DNA of 64,000 nt from Podarcis erhardii (taxonomy: Eukaryota), in assembly GCA_964252035.1 (NCBI GenBank), contig OZ176202.1. One strand, given 5' to 3'. The notes under the pieces were generated by a model that worked only from the letters and a program-made list of their open reading frames with translations, did no database searches and was not told where the DNA came from. The translations under genes were made by a program, and so were the position numbers. This document shows positions 1 to 12,840 of this stretch, one piece after another (positions within the stretch are counted from its first letter, which is position 1; each line of letters starts with the position of its first letter).

Positions 1-3000
1 ATTGCACTGCCAGTGTTACCAAATTAGTGATGAGGCCCCTACAAAGTGTGTGACACTATTTAGCCCCTATGATACTGTGTAGCAAATCCCTCTTAAGACA
101 CCTGTTCAACCTTCATTCTTTTCTGTTGTCAAGAGCTGAAGTAGGGTTTGGTCATCCATGAAGAAATAATGTTTTGGGTACATTTTCTTTTGGTTCCTTT
201 ATTTATGTGCCTGTGGGCAGGGGCTTGGAAGAGGAGAAGGAAAGCTTCATTTTTTCCACATGTAATATTCTGGGATTGCCAAGGCCTAGGAGCTATTATG
301 TTGATGTAATTGCCTCCTTCCTGTTCCTGGCTACATAAATAGAATGGACATTGGATTACCCGTGATTCTTCTAATGTTAGTCCCTTTTTCTCAATTTTGT
401 GACAAAAGACAGTGCTGATAAGATCTCTGAGAGTTTTCACGTGAGTCTCTCATTTCTTAGTTTCCAAAAGTAGAAAACTGGAGATCCACATGCTCATATC
501 AGGAGCTGAAGTTGAACATTAACTTGAATCTTGCAGGCCAGCTCTTTTCCACTCCAGACAAAATGTGAGTCTACTGAAATCTACTGAGAATGTTTTTATT
601 CCAGTAGCTATTCACGTGACAGAAGGTGAAGGACAGTGCAACAGTGGCCGAAACCAAACTGCAATCACTCAGAATGTAGAAATCTTGGGGTCTTATTAGC
701 AGTTTTCTTTTTTAAAAAATCTGAATGTGTTGTTGTACTTTCACAAAATCATTCTTATCGATTTCACCAGTATGAGTTTTCCTCTAACTTTAAAAGGGCA
801 TGCATTTGTATCTGCACTGGAGCTGTTAAAAAGAAGAAAAGGAAACACTGCTAAAATTGATGCTTCACCACAGTCTAAGCAGCGAAAAGAAGGAAGAATT
901 GAATTGGTGAAATTAACAAGGCTTCCCAATTTTCCCAAAGGGAAATGGGAGGGGCTGACCATCAGTACAGACCATCAGTACAGAAAGGCATTAATGTAAC
1001 CAGCCATGTCATGATGGGACTATATCCAAGTACACTCATAGGGCAGCATGGGCAAATATCCAGTGTAGGCAATGAGGGCAGGGGAGGACAATGGCTTCTG
1101 CAGTAGCTGGAGGAGTGTCATGACCTTTAAAGAGGGGAAAGCTGAAGTTTTTAAAGGCCACATGAACTGAAGTGAGGAAAGATTCTCCAACTATCATCAA
1201 AGTACTTCAAAATGTACATGTGATTTCAGTTTAAACTACAGTACTGCCTCTTTAACTCATTGCAACTTCACCTAAGGGCCAGACAATGGCTGCTATTGAA
1301 TCTGACTGGGAATATAAGGGTTTAGTTGAGCTTTGCACTTTGGCAGAGGAGTGCTGGCAATCCTTCTGAGTTCTCCCAAGTCCTACAGAACTCTACGCTA
1401 GCCTGCTTATTCAGAAAGCTTCTGTATTGGATTCCTGCTCCTTGTTTCATGCATCCAGCTACCTGCTGCCCGTCACCCTGTGCTCCAGGCTGTTTCCTTT
1501 GAGCATTAAGTAGGCTCATGTAGGATTACAGTTTATAATATCTACTTCAACGTAAGCCCCATTGACTTCAATGGGACTTACTCTGGTGTGTGTGAATAGA
1601 ATTGCACTTTAAATTTGCATAAGCCACAGCACAAATGCATCAGGAAATGATCACGTATCATTGAAGGCAATGCTGTAAAACGGATGGGGAACCTGTCACC
1701 CTCCAGATATTGCTGGACCACAATTCCCACCATCCCTGATCATTGGACATACTGACCGGGCTGGTGGGAGTTGAAGTCTAATATTTGGAGAGCCGCAGGT
1801 TCACCACCTTGCTATAAAACACTGTATGCACTAGTTTGCCTCTCTTTTACCTACTGCTAATCTTAGTGCATTTGTTTTACAGTCCATGCTTCTTCCTCTA
1901 AACTCTTATATTAAGTTTTACTTTTTAAAAACAAAAAACCAAAACAGTTTCCATTGCTCGATACACATGCACATTTGGTAAGGCTTGCCCAATAGGCAAT
2001 ATGACAAGATACTAGGATGTGTTCAAAGATAGTTTTGTGTGGATCAATTGTGGATAAATGTACGATCTCTCACATGCTGGGAAGCTGAGTTGTAACTAGG
2101 CACATATCACTGGATGTGGTGTGCAGTGTACATTCTCATGCTGTACTTGGTGTAAGATGAAGTGAAAAACACCCATCTGGACAAGCCCTTTGGATCTGAT
2201 GTTAATGGGCTGGCTAAAGTCAGCCCCAGGCAAGAACAAGCCAGCGACAGGTTAATACAGGCTGGCCTTTGAGAGAGTGGAAAAACTAGACTTTGAGAGG
2301 GGGTGGGTGGGTTTGACGCCTCCTGGTCATTCTGGTTCACAGTCTTAAGGTTCTGCTTGCATCTATTGCTGAACTCAAATCTTTACACCAGGGAAGAAGA
2401 TTCTGTGGTCTGGATGATTCAGGATTCCACCCCCAGTCTACCCTAGTCAACATGGCCAATGCTCAGGGATGATGGGAACTGTAGTCCAACAATATCTGGA
2501 AAGCCACAGGTTTTCCATCTCTGCTTCAGATTGAGGAAATGGCTATCAGCTTTTCCATCAATCATCAGTGAGAAGAATGCAAATCACTTTAAGAAAGGTT
2601 TTATGAGTTTTAATATTTTTAGGGACACATAGTGTGCCCTGCAGTAATGTGCTAAAGGCTCTGTGGGTTGGATCCAAAGATAAGTGCATGGAAGGAAAGT
2701 TTCCCAGTTCCTCCTGCTATTACCTGCACCCCTTGAAAAAACCCTGGAAAGGATCTCTATGAAATGGGTGGAGGTGAGGGAAGTGTAGAAAATCATGAAG
2801 AGGCTTTCTGATTTTGATAACCCCCCTCCCATTCCTCAGTAGCCCTCTGTGCTACAAACTTCAACATATTATAAAATCCAAGGCTATGACTTGAATCTTA
2901 AGTTGATTGAATTTGGCTTGTGTTTATTACATTGCACCCATCAGGTTACCCCCTGTGAACCATACACAAAAAAAGCATGGTTACTCATTTTTTGCCACTA

Positions 3001-3815
3001 TTAGTCAGCTTCCAACAAATCTTCTCTAATTTTGCCCCTTCCAAAGAAACATTCATGTCTCTTTTACAGAAAAGAAGATAGCCTTTATTATAGCCCAAGA
3101 TGATTGGTAGAAACAATGTTTTCCACACTTAGAACTTTCCCTCCAATCATGACCATGAATCCATGTGACTTGTGGTACAAGAGAGATGCTGAGGTCATCA
3201 AATTGTCTGTCTTTTGAGCATGACTCTTGACATGTTGACTTCTGAAGTTTCCTGCTTCTGTAGGTAGGGAAACACAAAGAGCAGTGTGTGACATAGCGAA
3301 AAGAAGCAGTGACTAAGCATTTGTGCAAAAAGAAACACTCCATTATTTTTGTTCTGCTCCCTCTTGGTTATCAACAACCGAAACTATAATTAACAAGCAT
3401 TAACACTGGACCCTTTATGGGAACTTGCTAAAAATAGTGAGTCATAGAAAATACTCTCTTTTCTCTGTAAATTGCATGCATGATATGAATTTTGTATTTT
3501 TGTCTGCTCGGGCTATGAATACATATTCCAAGTAAATGTGGAGCAAACATACTGGAATGATGCTTTGCAGAATATGATGTGGCTTCCTGGGGAAGCACCA
3601 GCAGCTGTGTGGGTTCATTGGAGAAGATGGAAGCTAAATAGACCATTTGGTATTGCATTTATCATTGCATTATTGACTGACCACCAAAGAGGTATTAGCT
3701 GAACACTGGCTTGCCTCTTCAACAGAGAGAGCTGCCATCTGTGGAGCAAAAGGTCATAGAATCATAGACTTGTAGAGTTGGTCTTAACCCCTGTTGTGAA
3801 GAAAGTGAGACACTG

Positions 3816-3895
3816 CAAGTCAGAATACACAGTGCTGAGCTAGGTAGACCAATGACAAGTCAGAATACACAGTGCTGAGCTAGGTAGACCAATGA
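3816..3895. repeat. Perfect 40-bp tandem duplication at the CR1 5' junction
   Basis: caagtcagaatacacagtgctgagctaggtagaccaatga occurs at 3816-3855 and 3856-3895, directly abutting CR1 sequence. Confidence 0.9.
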
Positions 3896-6648
3896 AACCT
3901 GGTGGGATAAGTCCCACGACTGGAATGTAATAATGGAGGGATACAATCTATTTCAGAGAAACAGACCAGACAAGAAAGGAGGAGGAGTGGCATTATATGT
4001 CAGGGATGTGTATACCTGTGAAGAGATCCAAGATTTAGAACCTCAAAGCCAAAGTGAGAGCATTTGGGTCAAAATTAAGGGAGAGAAGAATAATAGGGAC
4101 CTCATTGTGGGAGTTTACTATAGATCCCCAAGCCAAACGGAGGACATAGATGATGCCTTCCTGGAACAGATGGCCAAGCATGCAAAAGGAAGGGAGATAG
4201 TAGTAATGGGGGACTTCAATTACCCGGATATTTGCTGGATGTCAAACTCAGCCAAGAGCATAAGGTCAAACAGATTCCTCACTGGCCTTGCAGACAACTT
4301 CATTGTCCAGAAAGTGGGAGAAGCAACAAGAGGAACAGCCATTTTAGATCTGGTCCTAACCAATGTTGATGACCTGGTTAGTGGGGTAGAAGTGGAAGGA
4401 TCATTAGGCGCGAGTGATCATGCTCTTCTGAAGTTTACTATACAGCGGAAAGGAGCAGCCAAGCATACTAGGACTCAATTTCTTGACTTTAAGAAAGCCG
4501 ACTTCATAAAGCTTAGGGAAGTGCTGGCTGAAATCCCATGGACAGTAATACTAAAAGGAAAGGGAGTTCATGATGGCTGGGAGTTTGTTAAGAGGGAGAT
4601 AGTAAAAGCACAGCTTCAGGCAATACCAATGAGACGGAAACATGGAAGGTGCCTAAAGAAGCCAGGGTGGCTATCTAAAGAACTTTTAACTGAGTTAACA
4701 TTAAAAAAGGATGTGTACAAAAAATGGAAAAGGGGGGAAACCACCAAAGAGGAATTCAAACAAATAGCCAGCACGTATAGAAACAAAGTCAGAAAAGCTA
4801 AAGCACAGAATGAACTCAGGCTTGCTAGAGAGGTTAAAAGCAACAAAAAAGGCTTTTATGGGTATGCTCGTAGCAAAAGGAAGAACAAAGAAACAGTGGG
4901 GTCACTCAGAGGAGAAGATGGTGAAATGCAAACAGGGGACACAGAAAGGGCTGAACTCCTCAATGCCTTCTTTGCCTCAGTCTTCTCCAATAAAGAAAAC
5001 AATGCCCGACCTGAAGAATTTGGAGCAAATGATTCAGCAGAGGAAACACAGCCCAGAATAACTAAGGAGATAGTACAAGAATACTTGGCTAGTTTAGATG
5101 TATTCAAGTCTCCAGGGCCAGATGAACTGCATCCAAGAGTATTAAAAGAACTGGCAGATGTGATCTCAGAACCACTGGCAGTCATCTTTGAGAATTCCTG
5201 GAGAACAGGCGAAGTTCCGGCAGACTGGAGGAGGGCAAATGTTGTCCCTATTTTCAAAAAGGGAAAAAGGGAGGACCCAAACAATTACCGCCCAGTCAGT
5301 CTGACATCAATACCAGGGAAGATTCTGGAGCAGATCATTAAGCAAACAGTCTGTGAGCACCTAGAAAGGAATGCTGTGATCACCAATAGTCAGCATGGAT
5401 TTCTGAAAAATAAGTCATGTCAGACTAACCTGATCTCGTTTTTTGACAGAATTACAAGCCTGGTAGATGAAGGGAACGCAGTGGATGTAGCCTACCTTGA
5501 TTTCAGCAAGGCATTTGACAAGGTGCCCCATGATATTCTTGTAAAGAAGCTGATAAAATGTGGACTTGACTATGCTACCACTCAGTGGATTTGTAACTGG
5601 CTGACTGACCGAACCCAAAGGGTGCTCATCAATGGTTCCTCTTCATCCTGGAGAAGAGTGACTAGTGGGGTGCCACAGGGTTCCGTCTTGGGCCCGGTCT
5701 TATTCAACATCTTTATCAACGACTTGGATGATGGACTCAAGGGCATCCTGATCAAATTTGCAGATGACACCAAACTGGGAGGGGTGGCTAACACCCCAGA
5801 GGACAGGATCACACTTCAAAACGACCTTGACAGATTAGAGAACTGGGCCAAAACAAACAAGATGAATTTTAACAGGGAGAAATGTAAAGTATTGCACTTG
5901 GGCAAAAAAAATGAGAGGCACAAATACAAGATGGGGGACACCTGGCTTGAAAGCAGTACATGTGAAAAGGATCTAGGAGTCTTGGTTGACCACAAACTTG
6001 ACATGAGCCAACAGTGTGACGCGGCAGCTAAAAAAGCCAATGCAATTCTGGGCTGCATCAATAGGAGTATAGCATCTAGATCAAGGGAAGTAATAGTGCC
6101 ACTGTATTCTGCTCTGGTCAGACCTCACCTGGAGTACTGTGTCCAGTTCTGGGCACCACAGTTCAAGAAGGACACTGACAAACTGGAACGTGTCCAGAGG
6201 AGGGCAACCAAAATGGTCAAAGGCCTGGGAAACGATGCCTTATGAGGAACGGCTAAGGGAGCTGGGCATGTTTAGCCTGGAGAAGAGGAGGTTAAGGGGT
6301 GATATGATAGCCATGTTCAAATATATAAAAGGATGTCACATAGAGGAGGGAGAAAGGTTGTTTTCTGCTGCTCCAGAGAAGCGGACACGGAGCAATGGTT
6401 CCACACTACAAGAAAAAAGATTCCACCTAAACATTAGGAAGAACTTCCTGACAGTAAGAGCTGTTCGACAGTGGAATTTGCTGCCAAGGAGTGTGGTGGA
6501 GTCTCCTTCTTTGGAGGTCTTTAAGCAGAGGCTTGACAACCATATGTCAGGAGTGCTCTGATGGTGTTTCCTGCTTGGCAGGGGGTTGGACTCGATGGCC
6601 CTTGTGGTCTCTTCCAACTCTATGATTCTATGATTCTATGATTCTATG
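3896..6648 (+). mobile_element. CR1 LINE, 5'-truncated: ORF2 (APE endonuclease + reverse transcriptase) and 3' UTR
   Basis: ORF 3933-6245 has endonuclease motifs ([25 protein letters not shown]) and RT motifs ([27 protein letters not shown]). The C-terminus continues in frame 6139-6561 after a 1-bp G insertion near 6228. It ends in the CR1 tail ...tcttccaac(tctatgat)n. Confidence 0.95.
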
Positions 6649-6784
6649 ACATGTCTAAGTACAGGGCAGCTTCATATGTGTGCCCATATGTACATCTTTT
6701 TTGGAAGATACCATTAGGCAACTACATATTAGCAATGAAAACAGAAACCTGATACACTGAATGTTAATTATAAAATGTAATTTC

Positions 6785-7420
6785 TATAGCAGAACATAAG
6801 AAGGGCTTTGTCGTATCAGGCCAAAGCCCTAACTATCCCAAGTCTGTTCTCACAGTAGCCAGGCAGATGGTTATGGGAAACCCAGAAGTAGAACATGAAT
6901 GCAGCAGCAGCAGTCTCCCACCCATGATCTCCAGCAACTTGTACTCAGAGGTAAAGTTATATAGGCATTCATTAATTTATTTCATTTTATTTCATTTTCT
7001 ATGCTGCTTTCCCAGCAAAGTTGTCCTTAAAAGGGTTTATCATCCTATTGAAACAGCAGAGGTTGCCTTGTCCTCCGTGAATTTGTTGAACCCTTTAAAG
7101 CCATCCAAGTTGGTCTTGTGGCAGCAAATCCCATAGTTTTAACTATGTTGTGTAAAAAAATATGTACCTCCTCGATCCTTTCTCCATCTCCCAATGTTCA
7201 GCTTAATGGGATAAAACCCAGTTGTATTATTATGGGAGATGGAGAAAACCTTCCTACCAAATTTCTCCATATATATCCTCCCTTCTTTATTAGTCTTTTT
7301 TCTAAACTAAAAAGACCCAAACACTATAACCATTATTCATAGGAGTGTTGCTCCAGCTCTTTCATCATTTTGGTTGCCAATTTCTGAACCTTTTCCAGCT
7401 CCTTTTGAGGTGAGGCAACC
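6785..7420 (-). mobile_element. Old, degraded CR1/L3-like 3' fragment
   Basis: Diverged reverse-strand CR1 3' motifs (aagccatccaagttgg, aaactaaaaagacccaaac, tgaaccttttccagctc). No open frame. Confidence 0.5.
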
Positions 7421-7683
7421 AAGTTTCCATGTAAAACAGAGCAAGTATTTGACCTTTATAAAATCTGACATGGCCTCTTGGCAATTCGCCCTTTCCTGAC
7501 CAAGGCAAATAAAAGCTGGTTTTTAAGCATTCCCCCCATTTACAACTTCCTTTATGTTTTATATTTTTTGTGGGGAGGGGGGAAGAAGGACACTTTATGA
7601 CATGCTAGACAAGTTCTATTAAGATTTGGACTCACGTACTCATGGACTTACGTTCTCAGGAAGTATATAATCAGTTTCCTAGG

Positions 7684-7850
7684 AATCAGAATAATAGAAT
7701 TGTAGAGTTGGAAGGGAATCCCAAGAGCCATCTATTCCGACCCCCTGTGTTGCAGGAATCTCGGCCAAAACATCCACGACATCAACCTCTGCTTGAAAAC
7801 CTCCAATGAAGTAGAGTCCACAACCTCCCGAGGGAGTCTGTTCTGCATAA
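7684..7850 (-). mobile_element. CR1 3' end fragment
   Basis: Reverse strand encodes NRLPREVVDSTSLEVFKQRL (CR1 ORF2 C-terminus) followed by the ttccaactctacaattcta tail. Confidence 0.75.
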
Positions 7851-10009
7851 ATTCCCTGGCTTGGTAAAAGCATATATGATTTGCTGAACAACCAGTTTCC
7901 AGCCAGGGATGCAAATGACTGGTTCTAATGTGTTTGCTAATCTACTGAGTCAGACCACTGGTCAATCCAGCCCAGGAATGTCCACACTGGCTGGCAGCTG
8001 CTCTCCAGGCTTTCAGGCAGGGAATATTTTCCTGGGGAACCTTGGGTACAGGGTATCTGTGGGTCCCTTGTCCTGTCCCTTCCTTTTTCACCTCAGATCT
8101 AACCCCTTCTCCCTCTTGGTCCCATCCCTTTAAAGAAAACAACGAGAACCCTGAAAAACTCCCTATTGATGGTGGTGGGGAAGCCAATACAAACTTGAAT
8201 TTCATGGGTTGCCTTAAAAAAAAAAAGATATTGCAAACAGTATAAGTTTGACTTATAACTTAGGGTGCAAGCCAGATTCTGGCAACAAGGCATGAATGGA
8301 GCCACCACCTTATTTGGAGGTCTCTTGTTCCTGCTGTCTGGGGGCAGAAGGCTATTGAGGCTGGGCAGCCAACTTTCCCATGCAGCCTTTGGCTTAATAG
8401 CTTGACTTCTGCTCTCAGCTGAACATCACTGCTTGACACCATCTGTCTCAACATTTTCTTCTAAGACCAGCAGAAACGGTCTCAGGTAGAGGTCTTTCGC
8501 ATCACCTATGCTTTAATCCTTTTATCTACAATTAGAGGTGTTGGGGGTTGAGCTTGTATCTTCTGCAGATAAAGCAAACTCCCCATATCCTATTTCTTTT
8601 GCACCCATCTTTCCAAACAAACCTCCCTTCACGCAATGCCTGTCTCACTCCACTGGCATGGGATTTCTCCCCAAACCTATCCTCCTCCTCTTCCGATTTT
8701 TCCCCACCATAAAGGCAGCAGGTGGAGGGCAGGGATTCAGGAAAACATTCAGGCCTGCTTGATGACAACAGGTGTGTCTGTATAGTAAGGAGCCTAGATC
8801 CCCCTTGAGTAAGTAAACATGATTTCTTATCATTGTTCCATCTTGAAACAGCCATATCCTAATACTTATTACCATGATATTAATAGATATATTAATTAGG
8901 GTTGCTGGACTCTACACGACCATCGTCCATGACCAGCAGCTGTGCCAGCTGGGGATGATGGGAATTGTAGTCCAAAATTTATGGAGGGCACCAAGTTAGC
9001 AAAGTCTGCATCAACAGGTGTAAGATATGCATGGCAATCTGTTAAATGCCTCTGTTGTTTCCTAAACATCTTGTGATAAGGGCTGTTTCCTGCCTAGGGA
9101 TATAATATCTGGTGTTTCAAACAAGGCATAAGAAAATTTGAGAAATGCAGGGTGGTAATTTGATCCTTGCTGGAAACTCATTTACACCACCAGCCCATAA
9201 ACAGGGTTTAACACCCTCCAGCTATTTGCTGTGGAAAGATGAGAAGGCCCATTAGGCCTAACAGGCTGTGTTTCATCCACCAGGCTGCCCTAAAGCCAGT
9301 GTTTGCCTGTAATATTTTGACCTGGATTGGGAGATAGCAAGTCAATCACTTTGTAAACTGAAAGCAGCACCGTGTTATTCCTGCTTTCCTAAACAAAAAC
9401 CAATTCCCCTTTCTCACGCCACCCACACACCAGTGATTAACTTATTAATAAACCAGTGGAAGTGAAACCACTGGTTTCAACAAAGGCCTTTTATAACACC
9501 TCTCTGTCGCCCTTGTCCCACAATGCCCTGCTGTGCTGTAGGTAATCAGGCTCCAATCAGCCGACAATGACCAGCAATAGAAACTCAGGAGTGACAGAAA
9601 ACCACAGTTGCTTTGCAGGCTTCATGGGACAGGAATGCTGGCCTTAACTTTTAAGGCAGTTATAAAGCACTGCCTTTTACCAAGCTTTTACCAAGCCTTT
9701 ACGAGTGGCTGAGCTTTTAGTGTAGCCAAGCCCTGCCCTGTGGAACGCCCTGCCACTGGAAGCTTGGAAGTAATCGTCCCTGCTGGCTTTTTAGATGACT
9801 CCTGGAAAATGTGTTACTCAGGCAAGCCTTTGAAACGTGAACTTCATTTTCCCAACCGTTATTTTAATGAAAATGTGGTTTAGAAATATTAGGGCAGAAA
9901 GTCATCCAGTCTGGCATCCTGTTCTCACAGCGGCCAGTCAGATTACAAGCAGGCAGATGGGCACAGAAGCACTCTCCCATCTGTGTTTCCCAAGACAGGC
10001 ATGAAGTAA

Positions 10010-10540
10010 AACCATTGCATTAGCAGCATCAAAGTGACCTCACTGGGGCGCAAGCCTGGGCAGTGTGTATGGAGGTCCTGGGCTGTGCAGATGACAAGAC
10101 CTTTCTCTTGGCCCCACTGATGTGGTCCAAAGGAAAGCAGATCAATATGTTTGGCACTAGCTTCACTGTAGAAATTGCTGGAAGGAGCTGAACAAGGCAC
10201 CATCCAACCATCTTAGGGACTCCCCTCTGGATTTGTGTAGGGTTTACTCCTTAGTGTTTTCTTTTCCCAGAGATATCTCTCAAGACAGCAGAAGGTTAGG
10301 ATCAGAGTTTTCCTTCTCCTAGATGGGTTGTCTTCCCAGGTTGATGAGCCCCATCTGCCCCTCAAGTCCCTCTACAGCATGTGCAGAAAACACCTTCTTT
10401 GACCACTGATGGTCTCATCCACCGGAGCCTATCTTCACATTCAGGGGAAGTCTGTCACTCACCAAGGGTTTGAGACCCGTTGGCTACCCACACCTGGTTT
10501 AGCCAGCCAGTCGAAGCCAGTCCCAGGGTGAAAGACCATA
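10010..10540 (+). mobile_element. Interspersed repeat resembling an RTE-type non-LTR retrotransposon 5' region; second copy at ~23195-23460 (-)
   Basis: 10036-10250 aligns by eye with the reverse complement of 23195-23460 (gtggtccaaaggaaagcag...tttggcac...ctggatttgtgtagggtttactcc). The family assignment is from recall only. Confidence 0.4.
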
Positions 10541-11029
10541 TAAATTGAGTTTCATAAGGAAAACACTGCAGCATTGTTTGCAATCCAGCTCTCTGGATTT
10601 TTACCTTGGTATTCTCTTCCCCCTTCCCACTTCTGATAAATCCTACTTTATATTTTACTTGGGAATTAACTGGAAATGTTAATTCTTAGAACCTCCTTGT
10701 TTTTCTGTGCCTAGCCTTTCTGTAAAAGGGTTAGCATGCCGTAAGCGGGGATGACAGTGTTTCATCTTGGAATTGCAAGTCATGTGCCTAATTGGAAATG
10801 ATTTCAGTTTACTACACTGGAGAGTAATGCCGCGATGTCCTCACCAAAGGAGCACATGACTCTTGTGTAAGCCGGCTGTACCTGGGAGGAGGGAATTTGA
10901 TAAGGCTCTCCGGGTGTGTATTGTTGTAAGCAGATTAATAGCTCTGATCCAATAAAGGAGGTCTCTGCAGTGGCATCATCGCAGAGAGCCAGTGTGGAGT
11001 GATGGCTGCTGCCGGCTTCTCGGATCACG

Positions 11030-11125
11030 CTAGCCAATGAAAGATTCATGAGGAGATGGTGTTTTATAAGCCAATCTCTCATATTGCCGAAGAGTCAGAG
11101 GTGTGACGTGAGCCAATCAATATAA
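11030..11125 (+). promoter_or_regulatory. Triple NF-Y CCAAT box + CRE + TATA-like cluster (orphan promoter or LTR U3)
   Basis: AGCCAATGA (CCAAT 11034), AGCCAATCT (11071), AGCCAATCA (11113) and TGACGTGA (11104-11111), within a CpG-retaining stretch. Confidence 0.5.
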
Positions 11126-11933
11126 CTCGCCCTCCCGAAAGGTGGTAATGGGAGCGTGTTTATGAGAGGAGAAATGCTCCACAACAGGCGTGGGAAATCT
11201 CAGGTTCAGAGACCAAAATCCAGCCTCCTTTACTCTCCTCAGGCCAAACTCTGAAGGTTGCAATGTGTACTTCACCTCTCGTAATACCTCTCTCTTGTCT
11301 GGATGAGGGATAGCTATTGTGGAGTGGCAGTTTTGTATTTTTGTGTTGCTGGGTTTTGCTTTTTCTTTTGTAACGTATACAGCTTTGGATGAGCATTTGC
11401 CCAGAAGAGTGTCCTAAAACCACTTTAACTAAATAAAAATCTTGTCTAAATAAAACAAATATTGTTTGCCAGGGAGAAGGGGAGGGGAGCAATTCCCTGA
11501 GTTGCGTTAGCAGTGGGATTTGGGGCTGGTTGATGGGAAAACGGGGGCGGGGGGGGGGATTTGCAGTATCATGCCACATCAACACATGGTTACAGTAACT
11601 GGACACAGCCTTCCTTTTTTGGGTGAGAAGAGCTCTGTCTCCTAGTCCAGAATGATTGGTAGACGTCTGTCTATGTGTGTAAAACTGAAAGCGAGAGAGC
11701 AGCTGTTTGCAAAGGATAGCTCAGCACCCTGTGAAGTGCAGTGCTGTTGAGATCTCAGCTAAAACATCTTGATTTCCCAGAGGCACCTACATATACATAT
11801 AGGTAAACCTGTGTCAGAGGCCTACACCTTGACCTAGCAACACCTTCGCCAAGAAGACAGCCTGAAGGTTTTTCTGTCAGATTGCAGAGGGCAGGAAAAC
11901 CTTTCCAGCCTCAAAGCCGCATTGCTTTCTGGG

Positions 11934-12840
11934 TAGGCACGCCAACTCCATGGGGCTGAGGCCTCTACAGCCCCCCCCCCCAAGTCTGCTGGGCTGGGGC
12001 TCAGCCTCCCCCCAATCTTTTTTTTAAAAAAAATATTTTATTGACTATTTTCACATAAAAAATTATTCCAACAATTGTATTTTCCCCCATTTCCCCCCTC
12101 CCACCCCCACATACCCCCCTCCCTCCCCACTACGACTTCCCTCAGTTCCTCTTTCTGATTTATTAACACACATTGTTCTCTGCATATTATAAAAACGTAA
12201 AAATCTCTAAGTTATCTATCTATTATGTTAACAAATAAATTTGTGTCTGTTTATTCGAAACCTGCCAAGGAGTCCAACTCATTTTGTTGTTTCTTTAAAT
12301 ACTTTGTAAGAGGTTACCATTCTTTTTTAAAGTCACAGTTTTCCTTATCACGAAGTTTATGCATCAATTTTGCCAGATCCGCATAGTCCATCAATTTCTC
12401 TTGACACTGTTCTTTTGTCGGGTTTTCTTCATTCTTCCATCCTTGTGCTATTAAGACTCTTGCCTCCCTTGTTGCATACATAAATTCGTTCTTCATTTTC
12501 CTTGGCAGGTCTTTTCCTACAATCCCTAACGAAAATGTTTCAGGCTTTTTTACAAATGTTAATTTGAAAATTTTCTTCAACTCATTAGATATAATTTCCC
12601 CCCAAAATTTAAGCCTTCCCCCCCCCAATCTTGAAGGGGCAGAGGAGGCCTGGTGGGATGTTGTCCCGGACTGCACAGCATCACACGCAGACCAGCACAC
12701 CTGGCAGGAGAATGTAGCATCGGGAGGAGGCCTGGTCGGCCTATCCCAATGTGACAGTTGTCATGCATGATACTCATGACATCATGCACATGACATCTGC
12801 CACCATCACCCCAAATGTCGGACGCAACTCGGAGCCTGTG
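11934..12840. mobile_element. Degraded hAT-like MITE interrupted by an L1 fragment
   Basis: Termini resemble CATAGGCGCCAAC-type TIRs (taggcacgccaactcc ... ctcggagcctgtg). The sequence resumes after the L1 TSD. Confidence 0.4.
12020..12611 (-). mobile_element. L1-clade LINE 3' fragment (ORF2 C-terminus, 3' UTR, poly(A))
   Basis: Minus-strand KLTFVKKPETFSLG...FMYATREARVLIAQGWK resembles the C-terminus of ORF 14228-15706. T-rich tail at ~12018-12050. TSD ccccccaatctt at ~12008-12019 and 12621-12632. Confidence 0.8.

Noticed and set aside
10112-10142. Hammerhead-like ctgatgtggtccaaaggaaag
   Set aside because: The core should be CUGAnGA...GAAA. A9 and the GAAA are not satisfied and the flanking stems are unconvincing.
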